Source: an uncultured Methanosarcinaceae archaeon
GTDB taxonomy: Archaea; Halobacteriota; Methanosarcinia; Methanosarcinales; Methanosarcinaceae
Assembly: GCA_963733675.1 (NCBI GenBank)
Contig: CAVTET010000015.1
Span: forward strand, 1 to 64,000
DNA: 64,000 nucleotides
Direction of reading: 5' to 3'
Part shown: positions 45,552 through 56,302 of the stretch, piece after piece
How positions within the stretch are numbered: the stretch's first letter is position 1
Layout: each line of letters starts with the position of its first letter
Program-made: the position numbers and the translations under genes
Notes under the pieces: generated by a model
Database searches by the model: none
Told to the model about the DNA's origin: nothing
What the model saw: only the letters and a program-made list of their open reading frames with translations

Positions 45552-46675
45552 AGGCCAACACCGGACGGCAAAAGACGTTCAAAAGCCTGTGCAAAATTTT
45601 CTATATCCTGCACCGTCAGCCCCACATTCAATGACAAGCGCAAACGCGCTGTGCCTTCGGGAACTGTAGGGGGGCGTATTGCGCGAATGTCGAATCCTTG
45701 CGCCTGTAGGTTCTTTGCCAGAGCGAGCGCTGCGGCATCTTCACCAATGATAATCGGTACAATCTGGCTTTTAACGGCAAGAGTGGGAATCCGTCGAGCC
45801 ACAAGCGCTTTTAGCGCAGCAAGTCGTTCGCGCCTTTCCGGTTCATCACGCACTAATTCCAACGCGCGTTTAACCAAAACCGCCTGCAAAGGCATTGGCG
45901 CAGTACTATAGATAAAAGGTCGTGCGGAGTTGATGAGATAGTCGATGATATTCTCATTCGCGCAAACAAGTGCGCCTGCGACCCCTAGCGCCTTACCGCA
46001 AGTATGCAGCGAAATCAGCCGGTCGTGCGCTAATCCTTCGGTTTCGCCGCGTCCTGTCGCGCCGGAAACACCCGTGCCATGCGCTTCGTCAACGACCAGA
46101 ATCGCATCGTATTTTTCTGCAAGCATGAGAAGGTCGCGTACCGGCGCGAGGTCTCCGTCCATGCTGTAAATGGATTCAACCAAAATCCATTTATTACATT
46201 CTGCGCCGACTGGCTTCTCAAGCGCATCTTCAAAAGCTTCCAGATTGTTATGAGGAATCTTGACCTTCCTGCATTGAGCCGCATGCAGCCCATCGCGCAT
46301 ACTAGCATGACACAAGGCATCGAAAATCGCGACATCGTTACGCTTGACCATCGTTGTAATCAGGGCGTAATTCGCCTGAAACCCGTTGGCAAAAAACAAA
46401 GTTCGAGGGCATCCATAATAGGCGGAGGCAAAATATTCCAGTTCTTCATGTGCCTGTCTGTGCCCGCGTAAAAGCCGCGAGGCTGTCGCGCCGATTTCTA
46501 TACCACCCTGCAACGCTTCAATTGCCGCCTGTCGTAAAGCGGGATGTGTAGAAAGGCCGAGATAATCATTCGACGAAAAATCAATTCCTGCAGGGAGGTG
46601 GAGCGAACGATAACGCCCCATGGCCTTCAGACGATCGAGATCAGGCGCGAAGTTTTTCACAATGAAGCCCCTCAT
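45548..46675 (-). CDS. bioF: 8-amino-7-oxononanoate synthase
   Basis: DFSSNDYLGL, ESIYSMDGD, VDEAHGTG, TCGKALG and AIRPPTVP..TARLRLS; the start may be GTG 46660. Confidence 0.95.
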   Translation of the reverse strand: MRGFIVKNFAPDLDRLKAMGRYRSLHLPAGIDFSSNDYLGLSTHPALRQAAIEALQGGIEIGATASRLLRGHRQAHEELEYFASAYYGCPRTLFFANGFQANYALITTMVKRNDVAIFDALCHASMRDGLHAAQCRKVKIPHNNLEAFEDALEKPVGAECNKWILVESIYSMDGDLAPVRDLLMLAEKYDAILVVDEAHGTGVSGATGRGETEGLAHDRLISLHTCGKALGVAGALVCANENIIDYLINSARPFIYSTAPMPLQAVLVKRALELVRDEPERRERLAALKALVARRIPTLAVKSQIVPIIIGEDAAALALAKNLQAQGFDIRAIRPPTVPEGTARLRLSLNVGLTVQDIENFAQAFERLLPSGVGL

Positions 46676-46880
46676 AACATTTTTTATTCGGCGCGCGAGC
46701 CTTCAATCCCAGTGCCGTTATTAATCGATGATCCTCACTGATACCGAGGTTAAGCATGGTTAGTAGTTTGTCGCCGGTGAAAATCGATGTGGATTCTGCC
46801 AGAAACGCCAGAGCCTGCGCCTTGCGGCCGATTTTAATGCTGCCCGCTGAAGAATGCATCATTTCCTTCGGCACCAGATT
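46641..46880 (-). pseudogene. bioB: C-terminal remnant of biotin synthase
   Basis: SAG...QALAFLAESTSIFTGDKLLT.LN...ED..LITALGL matches the BioB C-terminus (canonical RLSAGR..QALCF.AGANSIF.GDKLLT.PN); the radical-SAM domain is absent. Confidence 0.8.
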
Positions 46881-46931
46881 TTTTGTTTGGTTAAATACTT
46901 GTTTTTCCATTTGTCTATACTCCAAACTGTT

Positions 46932-47400
46932 TTATAATAACAGATTCTCCGCCTTATCTCCTTTAGTTTCGACAACCATTCCCTTTGAAACCCAGCCGAA
47001 TGCATTGTTTGGATCAAGCATCAAGCCTTTATCTAAATAACCTTGTACGTCGTCATTTTTACTTTCTATTATACCTAACACTATGCCTTTCCAGACGTTG
47101 TACGTTGAACTATTAGGGTTTAATAAAAGTGCATGGTCAATTGCTGCGTCAGCTTCATTCGTTTTAAATTCTTGAGATAAAGCCATCCCTATTTGTGTTC
47201 AGAACCACGATCAGATCTTGAATATATTTCCATTTTGGAACCAATGCACTAGTAGCGCAGTTGCAGACATAGGATAAAAAGACAGAAAATTAAATAAACT
47301 CCAGCAGCTTACATTTCGCCTATTCAGCTTTATTGCAGATATCATATGTGATTCAACATCATTAAAATTTGCCTTTATTTGAGCCTTTAAAATCGTTGTA
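46932..47400 (-). pseudogene. TPR-repeat protein fragments
   Basis: AIDHALLLNPNSS..WKG and DKGLMLDPNNAFGWVSKG repeats, broken by stops. Confidence 0.55.
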
Positions 47401-47409
47401 TATATGAAT

Positions 47410-47960
47410 CTATTATATATTATCGAATCTCTCACATATTCGATATCATATGTAAGAGATATATACCTTGAATTTCCGAGCCTTTTACTTTCTTTTCATG
47501 GATCAGTTGCTTGTCATTAAAATCAGTCAGCCTTCAGGATATATTTCTCTCACTGGTTAGAGACTCACCTAAGATTTTATAGATCATTTTGTAGACCTCA
47601 TAGATTATTCCGGTAGTTGGTAGAGACTTCAATTTTTCAGATTTTATCATTTGGTGACAGAGGTATATTGCAATTATTGGAATCTTATCACGCTTTGAGA
47701 ACTTAACAATCATTTCCAGAGTCGCAGTATTTGTTATTTCCATATCTACAAGATCAATATGAGTTTTTGTAATCCTTAGCTAGAGTATAAATACGCGATA
47801 CCGTTCTCAAGCTCTTGCTATCAATGTGCTTACAGACATGTTGGACAGATTTAGGAAATAGCCGGAGGAGTAACCTATAACACAAGCTTAGGCTATAATA
47901 AATCACAGTTCATTTTTCCTTCAAGTGCAGATTCTGCATAAGGGCAGAAAAAAGAGTCTC
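47410..47960 (-). pseudogene. Cdc6/Orc1-like winged-helix relic
   Basis: TTGIIYEVYKMIYKILGE....ERNIS*RLTD.....I.....KRLGNSRYISL resembles the Cdc6 C-terminal domain. Confidence 0.45.
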
Positions 47961-48249
47961 TAATGTATTTAAAATAAGTTTTTAATTGCACACAACTGCC
48001 TAAAAAAATTTTGTAGAACATGACTACATTATTATGATTCTTCTTGAAAATCTATTTTCATCAGAAATCACTTTTGAGGCGTTTTTGAAAGTTCATTATT
48101 AGGACCCAATTTTAGGGTATTTTAAGAAGCATATAATCAAATTGATGACCATATCAGAGCGTATTAAATGACCAATCTCATTGTATACAAACTGATCATT
48201 AACTAGCATTGGTATTAAGTCAAAAAAATACAAAAAGTGTTCTTTTTAT

Positions 48250-48640
48250 GTTAGATGATAGTTCATCAATAGTGAATTGACGTTTAGGTCCCATCTGCTG
48301 AGATCTACACTGGCTGCGTTGAACAATCATAGTGAAAGGATCCATTGTAAACAGATCGTTTCCCATCAGAAAAAAGTACAAGCTGATCAAGCGTTTCCGC
48401 TCCCAGGTACCTATCTGACTATGAACTGTTGCATCCCCTATTTTCTTATGATTGCCTTTGTTTCTCCCAACTCTTCCCCAGGTATATCCAGGCTAGTTAC
48501 AAGAGCTTTAACACCTTCATTTTCAGCTTTTGCTATTGTACTATGATATCATCTGAAGCCGGAGTGATAGCTCCTGGAATTTTAAACAGAAGTACTTTAT
48601 TTTCAATTCCCGCCAAACTAAAGATACAGATGCTGTAGAA
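48250..48640 (-). pseudogene. NfeD-family membrane protease N-terminal fragment
   Basis: IPGAITPASDDII..IAKAENEGVKALVTSLDIPG..L.ETK...VPGSGNA*SA with stops and frameshifts. Confidence 0.7.
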
Positions 48641-49397
48641 TGAGTATTGAGCAAGCTGAATCTCTTTCAAATGGTTGGACAAGTTAAAGGGTGGTGAAAC
48701 TTTAATCAACCATGACTTATATTAGGAAAAATGAAGATTCTTTTGAGTTTTCGCTAACTAAACTTGCTAACTAGGGCACAAAAATCTAGAAATAAGATGG
48801 AAAATTCAGTCGTTTTCCAGTTTTTAGGCCATGCTCTGACCTACTGATAAAACACTCTAATGTAAAGAATATTAAATGTTTGAGGCACCCAATTTTAGAG
48901 TCTTATTTCTCTAAAGTGTTGAACGAATATTATTAGGAAATTAGATTCTTCGGTTTTAATGCTTTTATACATGGATTGTTTCTCGAATTGATTTTATATT
49001 TAATACGTATATAATCGAAAGAAACCATTTTATTCCTATAGTTACAAGAACAGATGAGAAAAACATACTCCATAAAAACTAATTCTTTCAACCTAATATT
49101 TTTATCCATGGTCAATATTATAAATCAAAATCACTAGCCTTTGGACTAAGTTATTTGTTTTTTCTGTATTGGTCTCTGAGACAAACAATAAAACAAATAT
49201 TATAAAATTCAATGCTATGAGTGTGCTTTTCGAATTTTGCCCTATAATTTAAGGGTTTTACCGACTTTTGCAATGTTATATTGTGTGCAACAAAGTATAA
49301 ATTTAATCTATACTTCTGAAGTTGGATGTTCATTGGAGCATCTAAGAAAGGATCAAGGGCTATAGGCCGAATCACAAAAAAGGATAGCTACATAAAA

Positions 49398-50180
49398 TTA
49401 ATCGGTTAAGCCACAATTGAGATACATAAATAAGGGGCATTGAGAAGGGGTTGAAGATGCGATAGATTGATATAACTGTATCATTTCGCTCAGTTCGCCA
49501 ATCCCAATTTGTTCTCCATTACTCAACAAAAGCACTTTATCGCAAAAACGCTGTATTGTACTCAAATAATGGCTGACATAAACGACTGTTTTGTCCATTT
49601 CCCTGTATCCTTCGTAAATTTCAAAGAATTTTCTCTGAAAATCAAGGCCGCCTATGGCAAGGACTTCGTCCAGTCGAAGAATTTTCGGTTCTATTGAACT
49701 GCTGTTGAAAATGCCAGCCTTACTATCATTCCACTGGAAAAATTTTTGGTATTTGTATCCTTGAAAAGGGTTAATCCCCCAAACTCAAGAATATTGTCTA
49801 TTCGGCTATCTACCTCGCTGTCAGAAAATCCCACAATAGCTCCATAAATTTTTATATTCTCTTTTGCGGTCAAATAGGGTTGAAAACCTATCCCTAGCTC
49901 CAAAAATGAAGTTATTTTTCCGTTTAACGTTATTTTGTCTTTTGTTGGACGGATAGTATTTGCAATGACTTTTAGAAGAGTACTTTTTCCACTTCCATTA
50001 TGACCTATAACTCCGATTCACTCTCCTTTCTTGACTGTGAAGTTTGTGTCTTGTAATGCGGTAGATGATGTGTATCCTATTTTACTATCCAGCAGTCCAT
50101 ATAAAGCCTCAAATAACGTATTTTTTTTCGTGAGGGATCTTGTAATTTATCCATATGTTTTTTGCTTCAATTATATCCAT
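49398..50180 (-). pseudogene. Wzt/TagH-like polysaccharide export ABC ATPase, disrupted
   Basis: GHNGSGKSTLL, LELGIGFQP.LTAKEN, FSSGMIVRLAFS, LDEVLAIG and VSH spread over several frames. Confidence 0.85.
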
Positions 50181-50185
50181 AATAA

Positions 50186-50952
50186 TTAAACCTCTTCTGC
50201 AAATCCAGGTTCAAGATTAATAAAAATCAAATATCCAATAACTAACATCATAAGAGACGAAGCTAAACAGTAGATAAGGTATGAGGAAGAAACGGTTGTA
50301 TTGTACAACAACGACTCTCTGGAGATCAAAATTATTCTTGCCATTGGACTCAAAAGTAATAAATTTTTAAGTTCACCTTGATAAGTCGATAAATTAATTC
50401 AAATTCCACTCGCAAAAAAGCCAGCCTGAAGAATAACTGCCCAGCTATACTGGATATTTCTATAGTATGTATTGAGTGCTCCTAAAGCAAGGGAAGTACC
50501 AAATACGAGTACAAATATGTTCACGAAAATGAAGGGAAAATAAATAATGATCGATGTTGGTGTCAATCCCGAAGACGCCATGAAAGCACCAAACACCCCA
50601 AGTTCAAGCACAGCCATATTAAAGCAGTTATAGACTAACTGAAAATCAATATTTCTCTTGGGATATATACCTGTCTGACCAGTCCTGATTTGCTGATTAT
50701 GCTTGACGGGCCCATTGAAGTGCTTTTTGTGAAAAAATCCCACAAGACAATGCCAAGAAGAAGGAACAAATGGTAATTTTTCTGAGTACTTGGATACACA
50801 TCTACAAATATAATATATAGTACCATTAACATTAGTAATGGCTCCAGCAAGGACCAGAAAAATCCAAGGACTGAGTTTTTATATCATACATTGAACTCGC
50901 TTACTGCTAGTCTTTTTACAAGACAACGATATTTACACAAATTTTTGATCAT
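50186..50952 (-). pseudogene. Wzm-like polysaccharide export ABC permease, disrupted
   Basis: YKNSVLGFFWSLLEPLLM, VYIPRE, YRNIQY.W...LQAGFF and EPGFAEEV, with frameshifts. Confidence 0.85.
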
Positions 50953-50959
50953 ACACTGA

Positions 50960-51420
50960 TTACATCTTTCGTTTTCCTAATAAATTCTGATGGATCAAAA
51001 CGTTTTGCTCTTCGCATACCTGAATTCTTGTATTTCTCAGGATCTTTCGAGACAACTTATTGGTCTGACGATACTTTCTATGTTTGCTTCAACTAGCAAC
51101 CCTGTTTCTTCATCAATCATACTTTCAAGGTAGCCACCTTCTCTAACTGCTACCATGGGTTTTCCTGTATCCATAGGTTCAATAGGTGTCATTCCAAAAT
51201 TCTCATTCTTTTAGTGTTAATGTGACCTATACAGGTGGCATAAACTCAAGTAATTTTCCTAGCAAACATTGCCCATGAGCGTTACGTTTTCCAGGAGCTC
51301 CGTAATTAACTTAGATGCATAGCGTGATGCATGATCTCCTGCTTCATAGCCACCGACAATAAGCAATTTTTGATCTGGCTTTTTCTGAAAACTTCGATCT
51401 GTAGCATGTAACTGTTGTGC
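50960..51420 (-). pseudogene. Glycosyltransferase family 4 C-terminal fragment
   Basis: ENFGMTPIEPM..GKPMVAVREGGYLESMIDEETGLLV (E-x7-E motif), frameshifted. Confidence 0.7.
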
Positions 51421-51680
51421 ATTTCATGAGGTTTTCTTTGTCATTGATGAGTTACCAAGTTCTTTGTTTCATCTTCCTTCTAATTTTAATATTTTTTTAC
51501 TTAGTTATACTGGATACATTATTATCTATTGTTCTATTTAAGTATCTTTAATTAATTATCTTATTATATTATATTATAGGCATGTTTTATATAATTTAAC
51601 ATAACAAAAATAATTCAATATAATTTTCCATTGTTATAATTATATTAACTTATATCATTAATGTATCTCGTGGGATATTA

Positions 51681-52976
51681 ATGAAAAAAATAGCATATAA
51701 TAATTCACTTACAGGGCACAAAACCCTAAAAATTTTAAGGATAGCCACTCTAGTACTTTTAATACTAATGAGTATCGCAGGTGCAACACCATCTACAAAT
51801 ATTATATTTGTTACTAATGGTTCATCATTTTCACCGGTTATTACAGTTACGGGTAATCCCACCATTCAATGGATATTTGGTGATGGTTCAACATCTAATT
51901 CTACGTCTCCTGTTGTAAATTTTAGTTCAGCGAGGACAAGAGTAAACACTTTAGTAATAACACCATGGAGTGCAGTAACTAAAATCAATATAGGTTATGA
52001 TGGTTCAGATGGCGGTGTAACTCCAAGTTCGAATACAATAGCATATCTCACAAAACAGAATGTAATAGATGTTAGTGGTTTAGAAAATGTTGCACCATAC
52101 CTCCAAGTATGGGCATCTAGTCATAATCCAATAACTTCGCTGGATTTCAGTAATTTCACTGCGCTGGATACAATTGAGTGTTTTTATTGTACGTCATTGG
52201 CTACTATCGGACTCCATAACGTTCCATCTCTGACTAGGCTTTGCCTTGAACATTGTAACATTTCTTATCTGAATCTATCAGAAGTTCCTTCTCTGGCTGA
52301 CCTTCGTGGAGCACGTCAGGGAAGCTCAACATATATAATAAATTGGGGTACTACAGGGACTAATATATGGCATATATGTGTAAGAGATAACGCACAGATG
52401 ACCAACACATTACCATTAAGTCAGTTTCCACTCTTGAGACAGTTTTACAATTGGAACGATAATCAAAAAGGTACTCTACACCCAATTTCAACAAATTTAA
52501 AAAATGTTGAATCATCCAATAATCATTATAGTGCTGCTGTCTTTTCTGGCTGTTTTCCTGCTGGTAGAAATGCTGTTGTGAATATTTATGATAACAATCT
52601 CACAAGTTTAGATATTTCTAATGATCCTGGGCTGACTAATCTAGATGCTCATAATAACTATTTGAATCAAGAAGCTATTGACAGAACACTTCAAACTTTA
52701 GATTCCTATAAAACTAAAAATGGTCATTTAGATTTAACTGGAAATGCTGCATCATCGATTATAGGAATAGAACATGCAAATAATTTAACTACTAGGGGAT
52801 GGAATATTCGAATTTCATCAAAAAATAATCTCCAGTTGCTCCTTGTGCAATGTCAAAATCGTTGGGGAAGTTACCCTTACTATCCACTTCACAGACCAGA
52901 GCACGGGCACAATTACATATGGAAAATGGATATTTTGGGCTGGTGTGACTTCCACTTTAAAGAATATATCTCATAA
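51681..52976 (+). CDS. Secreted leucine-rich-repeat surface protein; C-terminal PKD domain frameshifted (continues to about 53069)
   Basis: Signal peptide, WIFGDGS PKD-like motif and LxxLxx repeats (LTSLDISNDPGLTNLDAHNN); out-of-frame FTDQSTG..KW...LTVVN after about 52840. Confidence 0.7.
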   Translation: MKKIAYNNSLTGHKTLKILRIATLVLLILMSIAGATPSTNIIFVTNGSSFSPVITVTGNPTIQWIFGDGSTSNSTSPVVNFSSARTRVNTLVITPWSAVTKINIGYDGSDGGVTPSSNTIAYLTKQNVIDVSGLENVAPYLQVWASSHNPITSLDFSNFTALDTIECFYCTSLATIGLHNVPSLTRLCLEHCNISYLNLSEVPSLADLRGARQGSSTYIINWGTTGTNIWHICVRDNAQMTNTLPLSQFPLLRQFYNWNDNQKGTLHPISTNLKNVESSNNHYSAAVFSGCFPAGRNAVVNIYDNNLTSLDISNDPGLTNLDAHNNYLNQEAIDRTLQTLDSYKTKNGHLDLTGNAASSIIGIEHANNLTTRGWNIRISSKNNLQLLLVQCQNRWGSYPYYPLHRPEHGHNYIWKMDILGWCDFHFKEYIS

Positions 52977-53432
52977 GTTTACAAAAGTAGGGAAGTTAAG
53001 GTGGTTTTGACAGTTGTTAATGGGGTGGGAAGTAGTTTGAAATATCAATTTGTGACAGTTACAAAATAGAGGGATTAATGCCCCTTTTATTTTTATGGAT
53101 AAACTCTGTGAGTTTACAATCTTTTTTTGCACCCAGACTCTGAATCTTCATATTTTTGCTATCGAGTTCTCACACAAAGAATATTGGCATATTTGTGGAA
53201 TTCAAAACGGACAAATCAATCCTATTTACTGAGTATTTGTATCATATCGAGATATTTATCCTACAGATTACATATAATATAAATGTTATCAACTATCCGA
53301 ACCCATTAAAAATAAATAAATATTTAGCGATGCACAATATGGCTTTCACAACATAAATGGATAAACTGAAAGATCTTCATATGTATATCTGCCTAAGATA
53401 AAGTGAGTGCCTATCAAACTTGAAAAATCTGT

Positions 53433-53525
53433 TTTGTAGAAAACCTATATAAATGAGCTTCAACATGGCAATAATAGTGAAGTAATATATATTAGGCTAT
53501 TAAGTCCAAATTAATCGAGAATGTT
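53433..53525. repeat. Dispersed repeat shared with 61717-61808 (probable IS end)
   Basis: Exact 20-mer TTTGTAGAAAACCTATATAA, then agcttcaa and aggc.attaagt.caaattaat at similar spacing. Confidence 0.65.
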
Positions 53526-53949
53526 GTTTAAGAGGACTTCGACTGATCCGAAAAAACTTGTCGTAAAGCGGTTCTCTGAAATATAAAAAGATTATGCGTA
53601 TCAGAAATATAAATAGATTAAGTGTCTGAGAACTCGTGGATTAAGATAATAACTATTTAATCAAAAGATTTGTGGTTAAGTGACTTCTCATTAATTTAAA
53701 TGGAAATTTATTAACATAGATTAAACAGAAATATAATGTGAAAAGCAACTTTTCTAAATTGTTTTTGCAAATATTTTTTCGATGGAAAATATATCTCCAA
53801 TGTTTCCTCTATCCAAAAATAATGTAAATGGCCAAGTAAACTCCACTGCACTTCTATTACGTCACGTCCACCATCCGAAGGAGAAGAGATTAAGTTAAAT
53901 TAATTTTGCCATATTTTAAGCAAGGAAAGAAAATTTTAAAAAAAATATT

Positions 53950-54650
53950 TAGAAGTAGCAAAAGATATCTCGATGTTGGCTGTGCCTATGGAGGATTCCT
54001 AGAGGTCTTTCCCGAATAGGGTTTAGATGCTTCAGGTATTGAGATAGATGAAACGCTGGCAAAATATGGAGCTTTACTACACCAGGATAGGTAAATGGTA
54101 GCTTGCTGGAATAACAGGGTTCTTTTTTCATTTAACAAGCTCTATTGGTGCTTTTGTTCTTTTGCCTTTACTTTATGAAGGTCTCATGCCGTTGCTAAAC
54201 GAAAATAAGGATTTAAAGAGTTTTAAAAAATTCAGGGGCAAAATACTGCCTCTATTTTGTCTCTCATTAATTCCTCTTGGCATAATTTTTTTCATGATCT
54301 TTGGTCTATCTAACTGGAGACTTTCTGGCTTTTGAATTGGTCAGGTAATATGGCAAATATATTTTGCAAACCCTCTAGAGATTCTTATCAAAGGTTTCCA
54401 CGAAACTCTTTACTCAGTCTTTGGGCAACTTTTGCTACTATTTTTATTTTCATTTTCATATTGTTTTACAGAAAAATCAGATTTTCTTACTTTTTGTTTG
54501 GTATGTACTCTATTTTTTTCCATTTTCTACTGGACTTATGTCTATACCCAGATATATTCTAGTTATTTTCCCTATTTACATTCTTTTTTTAGAAATTACC
54601 TTCAAGCACATTTCAGAAAATCTTATTACGCTGAGTTTCGCTATTCGTTA
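53950..54650 (+). pseudogene. Chimeric relic: SAM-methyltransferase fragment joined to a membrane mannosyltransferase (GT-C) fragment
   Basis: KRYLDVGCAYGGFL...GIEID, followed by LIPLG, YLTGDFLAF and STGLMSIPRYILVIFPIY. Confidence 0.5.
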
Positions 54651-54840
54651 AGTTTTTAAGATAGTAGTCTAGACTAGCGATTCTTGATTGATATGTAAGT
54701 AAGAAGCTTTGAAAAATTTTAACTAGTTTTAGTTAATATGACTTTAATTATTATTTGTAGTTTATAATTTGGAGTCTAAATGTACATTAGTTAGGAAATA
54801 ACGTAATTGACCCTATGTTTCAACAGAAAATTTGTGTTAG

Positions 54841-55182
54841 TCACATATTAAACACCATCACACCAACCAAAATTAAAAGTACTGCAAATGCTTTACTAGA
54901 GTCGATCTTTTTCCGAAGCACAAGCTTGGATAAAATTAGAATTAGAACGAATTTTAGCGAAGTACTTGCGTAAAACAAATTTAGTGGGATATCCTTAAGA
55001 GTATAAACTGTGAGGAGAGTTGTTAGCACATACAGGCTAAAGGCGATGAGTGTATATGGATTTACGTAAGACATATTACATTTTTTCATATTAGCTTTGT
55101 TTGCTCCCACTTTTAACAATACTTGACTAAATCCTGTAAATATGATCACTGAAACCAAGAATACCATTGAAAGATCAGTCAT
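54841..55182 (-). CDS. EamA/SMR-type small membrane transporter (ArnE/ArnF-like flippase subunit)
   Basis: 113 aa, four TM helices, SQVLLKVG and LILVGV motifs. Confidence 0.7.
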   Translation of the reverse strand: MTDLSMVFLVSVIIFTGFSQVLLKVGANKANMKKCNMSYVNPYTLIAFSLYVLTTLLTVYTLKDIPLNLFYASTSLKFVLILILSKLVLRKKIDSSKAFAVLLILVGVMVFNM

Positions 55183-55560
55183 GCTTCTTCCTCGAGACTG
55201 TGAGACAGCACCAAAATTCCTAATGATATCAAGATTAGTCCTAATATGTTATTCATAGTAATTTGCTCTTTGAACAAGATTGCAGAAGAAATCAATATCA
55301 CAAAGTTAATTAAACTTACAAATGGATATGTATAGGAGAGGGGATAATGTATCAATGTCTGTTGCCAAACAATTGCCTGTAAAATAAGAAATATTAACGA
55401 AAGAAGATAAAAATGTTAGTAACTGTAATGAATAGGGAAGAGTCTTTTACTGTCATTGCAGAATATTTCCCGCAAATTTCACTGGCTGCCTGAAGAAAGA
55501 CTGGAAAAATTATCAGACTAAAATAAAAGAATAGCTCTGTTTCAGATCTGTTTTGTTTCA
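55179..55560 (-). pseudogene. Partner EamA/SMR-type subunit, frameshifted
   Basis: QAIVWQQTLIHYPLSYTYPFVSL...LFKEQIT..NILGL; frameshift near 55420. Confidence 0.6.
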
Positions 55561-55584
55561 GTAATCAATTCACAAGGTTTACCA

Positions 55585-56302
55585 TCATTCATTTTAAATT
55601 GCTTGTTTAAATCCCGTTGCAGACGAAATATTTGTGAGCCCATATCTAAAATATCCTTTCTGAAACTTACTTTAGTAGTGCCTCCCGGTTCCACATTACC
55701 GGGAATTCTTTCACTTTATATCCTTGGTACTGTGCAAGAACAAAAAGTTCGGTATCAAAAAATCAGTGTTGATCCCTAACTTTGTCAATCAAATTAAACA
55801 ATGAATCTCTTCTAAACGCTTTAAATCCACATTGATGGTCATATAAATTTGAGTGTAATAAGGTTCTTATCAAAAAATTGAACTCTCGGTTAGCTAAGTT
55901 TCTTTTTAAAAGTCTTTTTACTTTACTTTGAGGCATTATTCTGGAGCCTGTCGCGAAATCATATCCTTCTACTGATATTGACTCGATGAGATCCTTCAGA
56001 TAATTCATATCAGTTGCAAGATCCACATCAATGTAACAAAGTACTTCACCTGACGCGGATTTGAAAGTGTTAGTTAAGGCTCTGCCGCGTCCTTGGTACG
56101 AATCTAAGTGAAGATGCCGTACATAGTTATATTTTTTAGTATTTTTATTAGCAATCTTATCAGTTCCATCACTGTTCCCATCCTCTGCTACAACAATCTC
56201 AAAAGATGACGTAATTTTTTTCAGGTTTTTTGTAGTTTGGTTTACTGTTTCTTCTAATCTAACAGCTTCATTATATGCCGGTAATATCAATGAGACTTGC
56301 AT
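55585..56302 (-). pseudogene. GT2 dolichyl-phosphate glycosyltransferase, nonsense-disrupted
   Basis: ILPAYNE, EDG, DVD and DHQCGFKAF; TGA replaces the Trp in HW.FDTE at 55763. Confidence 0.8.

Noticed and set aside
46925-46945. BirA or BioR operator upstream of the bio genes
   Set aside because: The palindrome matches neither TGTAAACC-N14-16-GGTTTACA nor TTATMKATAA
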